This document shows positions 1-6,476 of a DNA stretch of 27,320 bases, piece by piece. Within the stretch, counting starts at the first letter, position 1. Every line of letters starts with the position of its first letter. This DNA comes from a virus (lineage: Duplodnaviria > Caudoviricetes). The translations under genes and the position numbers were made by a program. The DNA lies in the IMG/VR virus record IMGVR_UViG_3300033412_000056, positions 1-27,320 of that record. One strand, given 5' to 3'. Under the pieces are notes generated by a model. It searched no databases. It was not told the DNA's origin and saw nothing but the letters and a program-made list of their open reading frames with translations.

Positions 1-70
1 ACAGTTCCCAATGAAACCAGACGATTTATTAAACCTAGTCTGGCTTCTTTTTGGGTTTGGCGGATATAGC

Positions 71-223
71 TTAGTTAAAAATAGAATATAGTAATGATAC
101 TAATAAAAAAAATATAGCCATTCCCATATATAATATAGATAAAATATTTTTTTTATCACACATTATACATCCAGCTATTAACCAAAGTGTTCCTATTATT
201 TGATAAAATTGAAGTGAACTCAT
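71..223 (-). CDS. Small membrane protein, 50 aa, two hydrophobic segments
   Basis: Hand translation MSSLQFYQIIGTLWLIAGCIMCDKKNILSILYMGMAIFFLLVSLLYSIFN. The ATG overlaps the TGA of the upstream gene (ATGA). Below the ORF-track cut-off. Confidence 0.6.
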   Translation of the reverse strand: MSSLQFYQIIGTLWLIAGCIMCDKKNILSILYMGMAIFFLLVSLLYSIFN

Positions 224-384
224 TTTGTTTTCTTCCCTAATTCTTCTTGCTTGTACATATAAAAATAAAGCAAAGCCCTTCGGATAATAGCCGTTCTTGA
301 TTCTCTCAAGTTTTCGGATAAGTGGTTTAATATCCGCATGTCTTCGTGGGTTAATGTTACGCTTGTCTTAACTGTCTTTTTCAT
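220..384 (-). CDS. Ribbon-helix-helix (CopG/Arc-like) DNA-binding protein, 54 aa
   Basis: Hand translation MKKTVKTSVTLTHEDMRILNHLSENLRESRTAIIRRALLYFYMYKQEELGKKTK. It has an alternating beta strand (KTSVTL), a helix, and the SRxxIIRxAL second helix typical of RHH proteins. AAGGGA RBS upstream. Confidence 0.75.
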   Translation of the reverse strand: MKKTVKTSVTLTHEDMRILNHLSENLRESRTAIIRRALLYFYMYKQEELGKKTK

Positions 385-658
385 GTGATCCCTTATTTAG
401 AATTTTATTTTCATAATCTTCATAGGAAATAATATTTAGTTTATGTTTTATGCAATATCTATTAAATATGCCTTTTCTCAATGAAGGATGTAAACCCCAA
501 TCGGCTTGATATTGATCGGATAAAACATACCTGTCAAATTTTTCTATTAAATATTCTGGTCTCATTTCCATTATTTCCTCAGCAAGTTCTAAATCTTCGC
601 CAAATACTATCGCTAGAAATGCGAATATGTTTTTAACTTTTTGTTCGGGTGTGAGCAT
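368..658 (-). CDS. Hypothetical protein, 96 aa
   Basis: ORF track. AGGA RBS upstream on the minus strand. Packed in the leftward operon. Confidence 0.75.
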   Translation of the reverse strand: MLTPEQKVKNIFAFLAIVFGEDLELAEEIMEMRPEYLIEKFDRYVLSDQYQADWGLHPSLRKGIFNRYCIKHKLNIISYEDYENKILNKGSHEKDS

Positions 659-677
659 TAATTAAGTCCTGTTAAAG

Positions 678-869
678 TTAAGGCATTTTTGGTAATGGTT
701 TATCTAAGTAAACAACATTTTCTATTGCTTTATTTAACCACTGGCATTTTGACCAATATTCATCGTCTTTTTGTGTGCACTCAGGTATTTTTAATAAGCC
801 AGTTGCATAGCCTAATAGTAGTAGCAATGATTGGTTCATACGCATTAATTTTTCAATTTCATCTGTCAT
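678..869 (-). CDS. Hypothetical protein, 63 aa
   Basis: ORF track. AGGAA RBS upstream. Operon packing. Confidence 0.7.
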   Translation of the reverse strand: MTDEIEKLMRMNQSLLLLLGYATGLLKIPECTQKDDEYWSKCQWLNKAIENVVYLDKPLPKMP

Positions 870-884
870 TTTGGTGGTTCCTTT

Positions 885-1061
885 TTATTCGGGTAAAATT
901 ATTACTATACAAACGATTTGTTCGTCTTTGTCTTCATCTCTTGCCATATAAAATTTTAAACTAGTCTCTCTTAATTCTTCTACTTTTGATTTTAGCTGAA
1001 AAGTTTCAGCCTCATTCTCCGCCGTAAATACTATAAAACCTTTTGAAATATCTATTTTCAT
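885..1061 (-). CDS. Hypothetical protein (start MKIDISK, 58 aa)
   Basis: In-frame ATG at 1061 is preceded by GGAGA (1069-1073). The longer track start at 1118 would overlap the 1087-1254 gene. Confidence 0.7.
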   Translation of the reverse strand: MKIDISKGFIVFTAENEAETFQLKSKVEELRETSLKFYMARDEDKDEQIVCIVIILPE

Positions 1062-1086
1062 TTTGTTGTCTCCGTTATTAATTTTA

Positions 1087-1254
1087 TTAAAAAACTTTTT
1101 GGCCATTTTTATCAACATCTTTCATGCATCTCAAGCATGTTTCACCTGGCCATGTTTTATGAGTATAATTAGACCAAGGACAATCGATTCTTTTTTCTAA
1201 TGCTTTCTGTTTTCTTTGTCTTTGCTCTCTACAAAAATCTGCGTAATCACTCAT
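1087..1254 (-). CDS. Hypothetical Cys/His-containing protein, 55 aa
   Basis: Hand translation MSDYADFCREQRQRKQKALEKRIDCPWSNYTHKTWPGETCLRCMKDVDKNGQKVF. ACGGAGAC RBS upstream. Confidence 0.7.
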   Translation of the reverse strand: MSDYADFCREQRQRKQKALEKRIDCPWSNYTHKTWPGETCLRCMKDVDKNGQKVF

Positions 1255-1275
1255 TTTTTTGTCTCCGTTAATTAT

Positions 1276-1293
1276 AGGGGCATTTCTGCCCCT
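1276..1293 (-). terminator. GC-rich hairpin with GAAA tetraloop (attenuator, terminator or stabilising stem)
   Basis: Minus strand AGGGGCA-GAAA-TGCCCCT in the intergenic gap. Only a weak A/T-rich tail follows. Confidence 0.4.
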
Positions 1294-1315
1294 GTTGTAA
1301 TTCCACTCGTGAATT

Positions 1316-1495
1316 TTATATTTCTATTTGTGCTTCTGTTCCGTCTGATGATCTATAAAACATTAATATCCAGTCTTGCGCATCTTTTTCATCTTTTAAA
1401 TATTGTTTTGCTTGTCTACGAGCGCCTAGGTCAGTTTTAGCTGACAATGGCCATGTATTTTCAGTTTTTAAATTATATAAATGATAAATCGTCAT
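1316..1495 (-). CDS. Hypothetical protein, 59 aa, first gene of the leftward operon
   Basis: Hand translation MTIYHLYNLKTENTWPLSAKTDLGARRQAKQYLKDEKDAQDWILMFYRSSDGTEAQIEI. ACGGAGA RBS upstream. Confidence 0.7.
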   Translation of the reverse strand: MTIYHLYNLKTENTWPLSAKTDLGARRQAKQYLKDEKDAQDWILMFYRSSDGTEAQIEI

Positions 1496-1534
1496 TTTTA
1501 AATCTCCGTTTGTTTAAGTAGTGTTGATAAAATG

Positions 1535-1563
1535 ATAATACCCTGATTAGGGTATCATAGCAA
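1535..1563 (-). promoter_or_regulatory. Leftward sigma70-like promoter with operator palindrome in the spacer
   Basis: Minus strand TTGCTA (1563-1558), 17 nt, TATTAT (1540-1535). Inverted repeat ATACCCT-GATT-AGGGTAT (1538-1555) covers the spacer. Confidence 0.65.
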
Positions 1564-1682
1564 TACTTATTTAATTATTTTTAATGACTTTCTTCGTCTT
1601 CTATAAAACAAGATGCCTATTTTTAGATCAAAAATAAACTGTTGAAGTTATTACATTTTTGTGTAATCATTGTGATCATTAT

Positions 1683-1702
1683 TTAAGCTAAGGATGGCTT
1701 AA
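1683..1702 (+). promoter_or_regulatory. CsrA/RsmA-type GGA hairpin over the terS RBS
   Basis: TTAAGCTA-AGGA-TGGCTTAA, ending just before ATG 1704. Confidence 0.6.
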
Positions 1703-1703
1703 C

Positions 1704-2117
1704 ATGACATTGAAAGTCATAAAACGTGATACCACGCCTAAATGCACACCTGTTCGCTGTCAAGCAATACTAGATAGCATTTCCCGACGAATTCCTTACA
1801 AGATAGCTGCCCACTCCGCAGGAATTGGCGCAACTACGTTGTATGACTGGCTTAGAAAGGGTAAAACTGATTTAGCAGAAAATGTCGAGAGTGAATATGC
1901 TTCATTTGCGCAATCTGTTTCTAGTGTTGAGCAAGAGCGCATTGCAGAACATCTCGATAATATCCGAATGCGTTTAAAGAATTGGCAAGCTGATGCGTGG
2001 ATTTTAGAAAGACGCTGGCCCGATTTCTTTAGCCAGTCAGCACATTTAACAGATTTGGCTAAAAAGATTGATTTTCTTGAAAAACTTCTTATGTCAAAAG
2101 GCAAGGATGCTGTATGA
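1704..2117 (+). CDS. terS: Probable terminase small subunit (N-terminal HTH)
   Basis: HTH-like AAHSAGIGATTLYDW and the WQADAWILERRWP motif seen in phage small-terminase-like proteins. First late gene, upstream of TerL. Confidence 0.7.
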   Translation: MTLKVIKRDTTPKCTPVRCQAILDSISRRIPYKIAAHSAGIGATTLYDWLRKGKTDLAENVESEYASFAQSVSSVEQERIAEHLDNIRMRLKNWQADAWILERRWPDFFSQSAHLTDLAKKIDFLEKLLMSKGKDAV

Positions 2118-2404
2118 CCATTAATAAATCGATAGATTGGAATAAATTTGATTTCAAAGAATACAAACGTTTATGTAGACAATACGAACGTGCTATTAAA
2201 AAACGAGAAATAGACTTTGATGCTCGTGAAGAGCTTTGTGATTTTTTAAATAAATCAAAATGCAGGATGCCGAAACCAAAATATCCTTATTCAATTGATG
2301 ATGAAAAAACTCATAAATATCTAGATGGAATAGTTTACAAAATAGATGACCATCTTATTTATGAGTCTGTATTAAATCCAAAGTTTAAGTATGGGAATAA
2401 ATAG
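2114..2404 (+). CDS. Hypothetical protein, 96 aa
   Basis: ORF track. ATGA coupling to terS. GGCA-AGGA-TGCT hairpin at 2100-2111 just upstream. Confidence 0.75.
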   Translation: MTINKSIDWNKFDFKEYKRLCRQYERAIKKREIDFDAREELCDFLNKSKCRMPKPKYPYSIDDEKTHKYLDGIVYKIDDHLIYESVLNPKFKYGNK

Positions 2405-2406
2405 AG

Positions 2407-2595
2407 ATGGATTGCGTTAATTGCAAATATCCTGAGACACAAGTTGTTGAATCGCGTGTTCGAGACAGCGGGGTTGTTTACCGGAGACGTGAATGCAGTA
2501 AATGTGGCATTCGGTTTTCCACAGTAGAAAATCTAAAAGTTCGGAAGAGTCATGAAACGATTAAACCTCAAGTCCCGAAGGTTTATATTGAATGA
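2407..2595 (+). CDS. NrdR-like N-terminal zinc-ribbon protein lacking the ATP-cone
   Basis: CxxC...(V)VESR...RRRECxxCGxRFSTVE matches the NrdR Zn-ribbon signature. The protein ends at 62 aa. Confidence 0.85.
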   Translation: MDCVNCKYPETQVVESRVRDSGVVYRRRECSKCGIRFSTVENLKVRKSHETIKPQVPKVYIE

Positions 2596-4145
2596 TTACC
2601 GCATCATCTCTTGATAAGCGTATTGCGGATTTATTAGATCGTGCAAAAGCCGAAGAAGAGTCGCATATTAAATATACAGAGTATGGAGTGGAAATATATG
2701 ATCAGGAAGATACTAGGGTTTATGTTCCAAGCAATACTGGTAGCATTTTTCATAGTGATGATACTTTTGTTCGCTGCGTTATGGGTCCCTACGGATCAGG
2801 GAAATCAACCCTTTGCATCAATGAAATCGTCAAACGAACTTGTACTATGCCGAGATGGAGTAATAATAGACGAAGATCAAGATGGGCAATCGTAAGAAAT
2901 ACGTCTGGTGAACTTCAAACGACAACTCTTCAAACATGGCTTGCTTGGTTCGGATCGCTTGGAGACATTTATAAGCGCCAAAAGCCGATATTAACTTATG
3001 AGCATACATTTAATGATGGTGAAGGAGTTATTGAGCTAGAGCTATTATTTTTAGCTTTAGACAGGCCAGACGACATACGTAAAATTAAATCTCTTGAGTT
3101 AACGGGATGCTATATCAATGAACTATCAGAAGTACCCAAAGCTGCATTAGATCACATGAAAGGGCGCGTTGGTCGTTATCCAGGTCCTAATTTTTGTAAT
3201 GATTCCTATTGGTATGGAGTCATTTCAGATACAAACCCACCGGACGATGACCATTGGATTTATCATACATTCGAAGAAAAAATATTACCTGAATATAAAA
3301 TGTTTAAGCAGCCAACAGGACTTATTAAAGATGAGGAAGGTAAATGGATTACAAATCCTAATGCTGATAACATTAAAAATCTGCCCGTTGGATATTATGA
3401 GAAGATGGCAAGTGGCCAGACTGAGGAGTTCATTAAAGTATTTTGCCGTGGAATATATGGCTCGGTAGGCACAGGCAAGCGCGTTTATCCTGAATACAAT
3501 GATGACATGCATTCGATTGATGAAATCCAGCCTATCGCTGGTGAACTCATTCATCTTGGATGGGATGGAGGACTAACTCCCGCTTGTGTGGTTATTCAGA
3601 TTACACCAAGAGGTCAGTTATTGATACTCAAAGAATATTGTGCAGAAGATATGGGGATTAGAACATTTGCCGAATCAGTGGTATTGCCTGGACTTGCTAG
3701 AGATTTTCCAACAAATAAAATAGGTAAATCAGTGGCTGATCCAGCCTGTATCAAAAGAGATGAAATTATGGAAGAATTAAGCTTTATTGGGGAACTTAAT
3801 TCATTGGGTATAGAAACTATACCCGCTCGCACTAATAACCCAGACACTCGTATATCGGCTGTAAGATACTTTTTAAATGGTATGGTAGATGGTAAGCCTC
3901 GAATGCAAGTTTCTCGTAAAGGTGCGCCTATTATTAGAAAAGGATTTAACAAAGATTATGTTTACAAGAGATTAGCTGTTCCAGGTGAGGAGCGTTATAG
4001 AAATGTGCCAGACAAGAATAGAGCTTCTCATCCACATGATGGAACCCAATATATTTGTCTAGAGTTTGCTGCTGAGAGCATAGTGGGGAGTAAGATACAG
4101 CCAAAAGCAATAGATATTTTTAATCCTATTATGAGGACATTTTAA
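2592..4145 (+). CDS. terL: Terminase large subunit
   Basis: Walker A GPYGSGKS, Walker B-like YINE, DTNPP coupling motif, RNase H-like LGWDGG and C-terminal HPHDGTQY. Confidence 0.95.
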   Translation: MITASSLDKRIADLLDRAKAEEESHIKYTEYGVEIYDQEDTRVYVPSNTGSIFHSDDTFVRCVMGPYGSGKSTLCINEIVKRTCTMPRWSNNRRRSRWAIVRNTSGELQTTTLQTWLAWFGSLGDIYKRQKPILTYEHTFNDGEGVIELELLFLALDRPDDIRKIKSLELTGCYINELSEVPKAALDHMKGRVGRYPGPNFCNDSYWYGVISDTNPPDDDHWIYHTFEEKILPEYKMFKQPTGLIKDEEGKWITNPNADNIKNLPVGYYEKMASGQTEEFIKVFCRGIYGSVGTGKRVYPEYNDDMHSIDEIQPIAGELIHLGWDGGLTPACVVIQITPRGQLLILKEYCAEDMGIRTFAESVVLPGLARDFPTNKIGKSVADPACIKRDEIMEELSFIGELNSLGIETIPARTNNPDTRISAVRYFLNGMVDGKPRMQVSRKGAPIIRKGFNKDYVYKRLAVPGEERYRNVPDKNRASHPHDGTQYICLEFAAESIVGSKIQPKAIDIFNPIMRTF

Positions 4146-4147
4146 TT

Positions 4148-4234
4148 ATGAGCGCCTGTTATTGGTTTCACATTAATCAAAAAAGTTGTCCATTTTGCGG
4201 TTGGATTATAGGAAAAAATTACCCATCAGCTTAA
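4148..4234 (+). CDS. Tiny Cys/His peptide, 28 aa
   Basis: MSACYWFHINQKSCPFCGWIIGKNYPSA. GAGGA upstream within the end of terL. CxxxH..CxxC pattern. Confidence 0.4.
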   Translation: MSACYWFHINQKSCPFCGWIIGKNYPSA

Positions 4235-4253
4235 AATTATTGGAGAATATTTT

Positions 4254-4427
4254 ATGGCATGTACATGTGTAGATGAAAATGGAGAACCAAGGGATTTATG
4301 TTTTGGAACATGTTCAAAAGCAGATTTTATTCAAATTAAAAAAGATGAATTTGATAAACAGTTAAAATGGTTTAAAGAAGGGGTTAGATTCGGAATTGAA
4401 CTAGGTGAAGAATATAAAGGATTTTAA
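4254..4427 (+). CDS. Hypothetical protein, 57 aa (CxC...CxxxC)
   Basis: Hand translation MACTCVDENGEPRDLCFGTCSKADF...EEYKGF. GGAG RBS at 4242. Confidence 0.65.
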   Translation: MACTCVDENGEPRDLCFGTCSKADFIQIKKDEFDKQLKWFKEGVRFGIELGEEYKGF

Positions 4428-4440
4428 AAGGAGAAAAGTT

Positions 4441-4599
4441 ATGCCATTAAAGAAATCAGCAAGCAAGAAAGCGTTTAAAGAGAATGTGAAGAAAGAAATT
4501 GAATCAGGAAAAAAACCGAAGCAAGCGGTTGCCATTGCTTATTCGGTTAAGCGAAAAGCTAAATCAAATAGAAAAAATGATATGAATAAAGATAAATAA
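4441..4599 (+). CDS. Small basic phage protein (MPLKK...KQAVAIAYS family)
   Basis: Motif common near terminase/portal genes of podoviruses. A GGAG RBS just upstream supports ATG 4441 over the track start at 4405. Confidence 0.8.
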   Translation: MPLKKSASKKAFKENVKKEIESGKKPKQAVAIAYSVKRKAKSNRKNDMNKDK

Positions 4600-4605
4600 G
4601 TTTAT

Positions 4606-4676
4606 GGCTGACGATACTTACTAGAGACCGACGATGACGTCATCGGGCTACACTTAGTTGGGAAAATAAGCCGCCA
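4606..4676 (+). ncRNA. Array unit 1: 71-nt CCA-ended structured RNA
   Basis: 5' GGCT pairs with AGCC, followed by G-CCA. Internal palindrome CGATGACGTCATCG (4632-4645). No T-arm. Confidence 0.5.
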
Positions 4677-4682
4677 GTTTAT

Positions 4683-4837
4683 GTTGCTTGAAGCTCAAAA
4701 AGACAGACTGGTGTCTGATCGAAGAGCCTCTGATTTTGCCATAGGCGAGGTCGTGCCCTTTAAATGATAGGGTTGAATGGATTAGTAACAGCGGCTAACC
4801 AGAGAGGTTGCAGGTGGAATCCCTGCCAGCAACGCCA
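4683..4837 (+). ncRNA. Array unit 2: 155-nt tRNA-like RNA with expanded D-loop and anticodon-loop insertion
   Basis: Acceptor GTTGCT/AGCAAC + G-CCA. D stem GCTC/GAGC. Anticodon-like stem CTCTG/CAGAG. Variable AGGTT. T arm GCAGG-TGGAATC-CCTGC. Confidence 0.75.
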
Positions 4838-4843
4838 GTTTAT

Positions 4844-4933
4844 GGATATCTAAGCGAGAATGCCGTGCCTTAGATCGACCCTAGATTTGGGTGATAACGC
4901 AGAGATTTGCGGAGGATTACCGGATATCCGCCA
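4844..4933 (+). ncRNA. Array unit 3: 90-nt CCA-ended structured RNA
   Basis: Perfect 7-bp acceptor-like stem GGATATC/GATATCC + G-CCA. Internal hairpins TAAG/CTTA, ACCC/GGGT and CGCAG/TTGCG. No canonical T-loop. Confidence 0.6.
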
Positions 4934-4939
4934 GTTTAT

Positions 4940-5113
4940 GACAATTGCGGCGCTGACAGTGAAGCGTGTTCCCAACCAATGAGGGGAACGTAACACGGCA
5001 GGTCATTGGGGTGAATGAAATGGGACCACCATGCATTGAGCTGAAGGAAATCCCATAAAAGGCTCATTCGTAGCGAGAGTTACAAGCCGGTGCAATTCCG
5101 GCCAATTGTCTCA
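4940..5113 (+). ncRNA. Array unit 4: ~172-nt tRNA-like RNA with 8-bp acceptor and giant variable arm
   Basis: Acceptor GACAATTG/CAATTGTC. D-like CGCT/AGCG. GTTCCC-10 nt-GGGAAC arm. GTAAC/GTTAC encloses about 84 nt. T arm GCCGG-TGCAATT-CCGGC. Ends TCA, with no full encoded CCA. Confidence 0.7.
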
Positions 5114-5129
5114 TTTTACGGAGTAAAAC

Positions 5130-5231
5130 ATGGAATCAATAACTAATTGGCCACAAGCGTTTACTTTATCTGTTCTCGCACTATGTTGCGCCGCTGTTTT
5201 AATAGCGTTTATCATTGAAATGAATAAGTAA
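5130..5231 (+). CDS. Single-pass membrane peptide, 33 aa
   Basis: MESITNWPQAFTLSVLALCCAAVLIAFIIEMNK. RBS GGAG within hairpin TTTTAC-GGA-GTAAAA (5114-5128). Confidence 0.6.
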   Translation: MESITNWPQAFTLSVLALCCAAVLIAFIIEMNK

Positions 5232-5267
5232 TCAAAAATTTAATTTAAACATAATAGGAAAATACAC

Positions 5268-5489
5268 ATGTTTTTTAGAAAGTTAGCGCCGTACGAAACA
5301 GAACAGTTAAAAAATGATGATTATAATACCCCGATTCACAGCAATGCAAAAAGCGCTCTATCGCTTGATCTTATGCTGCACCTTGCGTCTCTTTCGGTAA
5401 TTGTAGGGTTAATCGTTTATATAAAATGTTCTAGGAAAAATAAAGATAGAGAACAAAGTAATTTAGAAGGAAGGACGTTACGAATATGA
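5268..5489 (+). CDS. Single-pass membrane protein, 73 aa
   Basis: Hydrophobic LMLHLASLSVIVGLIVYI followed by a basic tail. AGGA RBS. Confidence 0.7.
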   Translation: MFFRKLAPYETEQLKNDDYNTPIHSNAKSALSLDLMLHLASLSVIVGLIVYIKCSRKNKDREQSNLEGRTLRI

Positions 5490-5695
5490 ATGAATGGATC
5501 AGCGTTAAAGATCGACAACCTCATGCTGGACAAGAAATATTATTTTGTAATATAGGAGAAAATTTCCTTCCTGCTCAATTTGGTATTTATCTAGGTGATA
5601 AGTTTTCATCTAAAAGATTTTATCGACATGATAATACCTCTCATGATGCAACACACTGGATGCCTTTGCCATCTTTACCGGAGCCGACAAAATGA
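5486..5695 (+). CDS. DUF551-family phage protein
   Basis: WISVKDRQP ... THWMPLP signature. Confidence 0.85.
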   Translation: MNEWISVKDRQPHAGQEILFCNIGENFLPAQFGIYLGDKFSSKRFYRHDNTSHDATHWMPLPSLPEPTK

Positions 5696-5736
5696 TTGAA
5701 CAACCAACAATCACAAGAACTAATGGAAATTAAATA

Positions 5737-6114
5737 ATGAGCAAACAAGATTTTATTAATCCAGATATAGATATAAGCGATGGAGAAAACAAATACGATA
5801 CCTGGGATATGTGGGAGTTCTTTAGGGTTCCATATGCTTCATATAATTCATCAATAGATGAAAAATTTATTAGAATTATAGAAAATAACATCCTTGATAA
5901 GGATAATTCATATAGTACTGTAGCAGCAAAAAAATTAGATATAGACCCAGACTTTGTTGAGTTTATTTATTATGTTCTTTGCGGAACTGAACTATGGGAA
6001 TACGGCACATCGCCTCGTGGATGCTGGGCTATAGATGAAGAAAAATGCAAAGAACTCCTTAATAAATGCAAGAAATATTTTTTTATACATTGGATAAAAG
6101 AGGAAGACTTATAA
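5737..6114 (+). CDS. Hypothetical phage protein, 125 aa
   Basis: ORF track. Contains EYGTSPRGCW. Operon packing. Confidence 0.75.
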   Translation: MSKQDFINPDIDISDGENKYDTWDMWEFFRVPYASYNSSIDEKFIRIIENNILDKDNSYSTVAAKKLDIDPDFVEFIYYVLCGTELWEYGTSPRGCWAIDEEKCKELLNKCKKYFFIHWIKEEDL

Positions 6115-6117
6115 ATA

Positions 6118-6327
6118 ATGAAATACCCAGACTGCGAAAAAGAAGATAAAAAATCTAGTGTTTATGTTGGCATTACATCGTCAACTGCTATGCATTGTCC
6201 TTCTTACTATGATGAAGATGGAAGACTTCATTCTCATGATCAAAATACGACACATACTGCTTATAAATGTTCAAATGGTCATGAATGGTCAGAAAAGTAC
6301 AAAGGTAAATGCTGGTGCGGAGAATAA
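6118..6327 (+). CDS. Small Cys/His-rich (probable Zn-binding) protein, 69 aa
   Basis: CSNGHEW and CWCG motifs. GAGGA RBS. Confidence 0.75.
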   Translation: MKYPDCEKEDKKSSVYVGITSSTAMHCPSYYDEDGRLHSHDQNTTHTAYKCSNGHEWSEKYKGKCWCGE

Positions 6328-6328
6328 A

Positions 6329-6451
6329 GTGAACGAAGATAAAGAGAAATGCCCATGCTTAAAAAACTGCTGTGAGAAACCAGAAATAGACTATGATGAT
6401 GGATATTCCTCATGTTTGAATTGCCATGCAGGTTGCTATTGTTGCAGCTAA
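6329..6451 (+). CDS. Very Cys-rich peptide, 40 aa (9 Cys)
   Basis: GTG at 6329 after GGAG, 1 nt past the previous stop. MNEDKEKCPCLKNCCEKPEIDYDDGYSSCLNCHAGCYCCS. This is the 3' part of track ORF 6158..6451. Confidence 0.6.
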   Translation: MNEDKEKCPCLKNCCEKPEIDYDDGYSSCLNCHAGCYCCS

Positions 6452-6476
6452 TTCATCTAAATTATAGGAAGATAAA

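Larger units (their letters stand above)
4600..4939 (+). repeat. Repeated linker (GCC)AGTTTATG, four copies, separating RNA units
   Basis: GTTTAT at 4600, 4677, 4838 and 4934. The last three are preceded by CGCCA, and all are followed by the 5' G of the next unit. Confidence 0.9.

Noticed and set aside
17-52. Plus-strand terminator (CCAGAC...GTCTGG followed by CTTCTTTTT)
   Set aside because: The 15-nt loop is long and the upstream context lies outside the window, so support is insufficient.
689-1440. Plus-strand ORFs 689..964 and 1216..1440
   Set aside because: Antisense shadows of well-packed minus-strand genes that have RBSs.
4600-4939. CRISPR-like array from the repeated GCCAGTTTATG
   Set aside because: The repeat is only about 11 nt, the intervening units range from 71 to ~172 nt and are self-folding, and no cas genes are present.
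5037-5056. Hammerhead ribozyme core (CTGAAGGAAA)
   Set aside because: Does not match CUGANGA-stem II-GAAA, and there is no room for stem II.
5086-5102. Cobalamin riboswitch (GCCGGTGCAATTCCGGC resembles its T-loop hairpin)
   Set aside because: No adjacent GGGAA or B12 box. The hairpin sits in the tRNA T-arm position next to the acceptor strand.
4606-5113. Ordinary tRNA gene cluster
   Set aside because: No unit has a canonical cloverleaf with a 7-nt anticodon loop and TTCRA T-loop.
4940-5113. tmRNA or tRNA-Sec
   Set aside because: Too short for tmRNA, with no G3-U70 alanine identity or tag ORF. No TCA anticodon for Sec.
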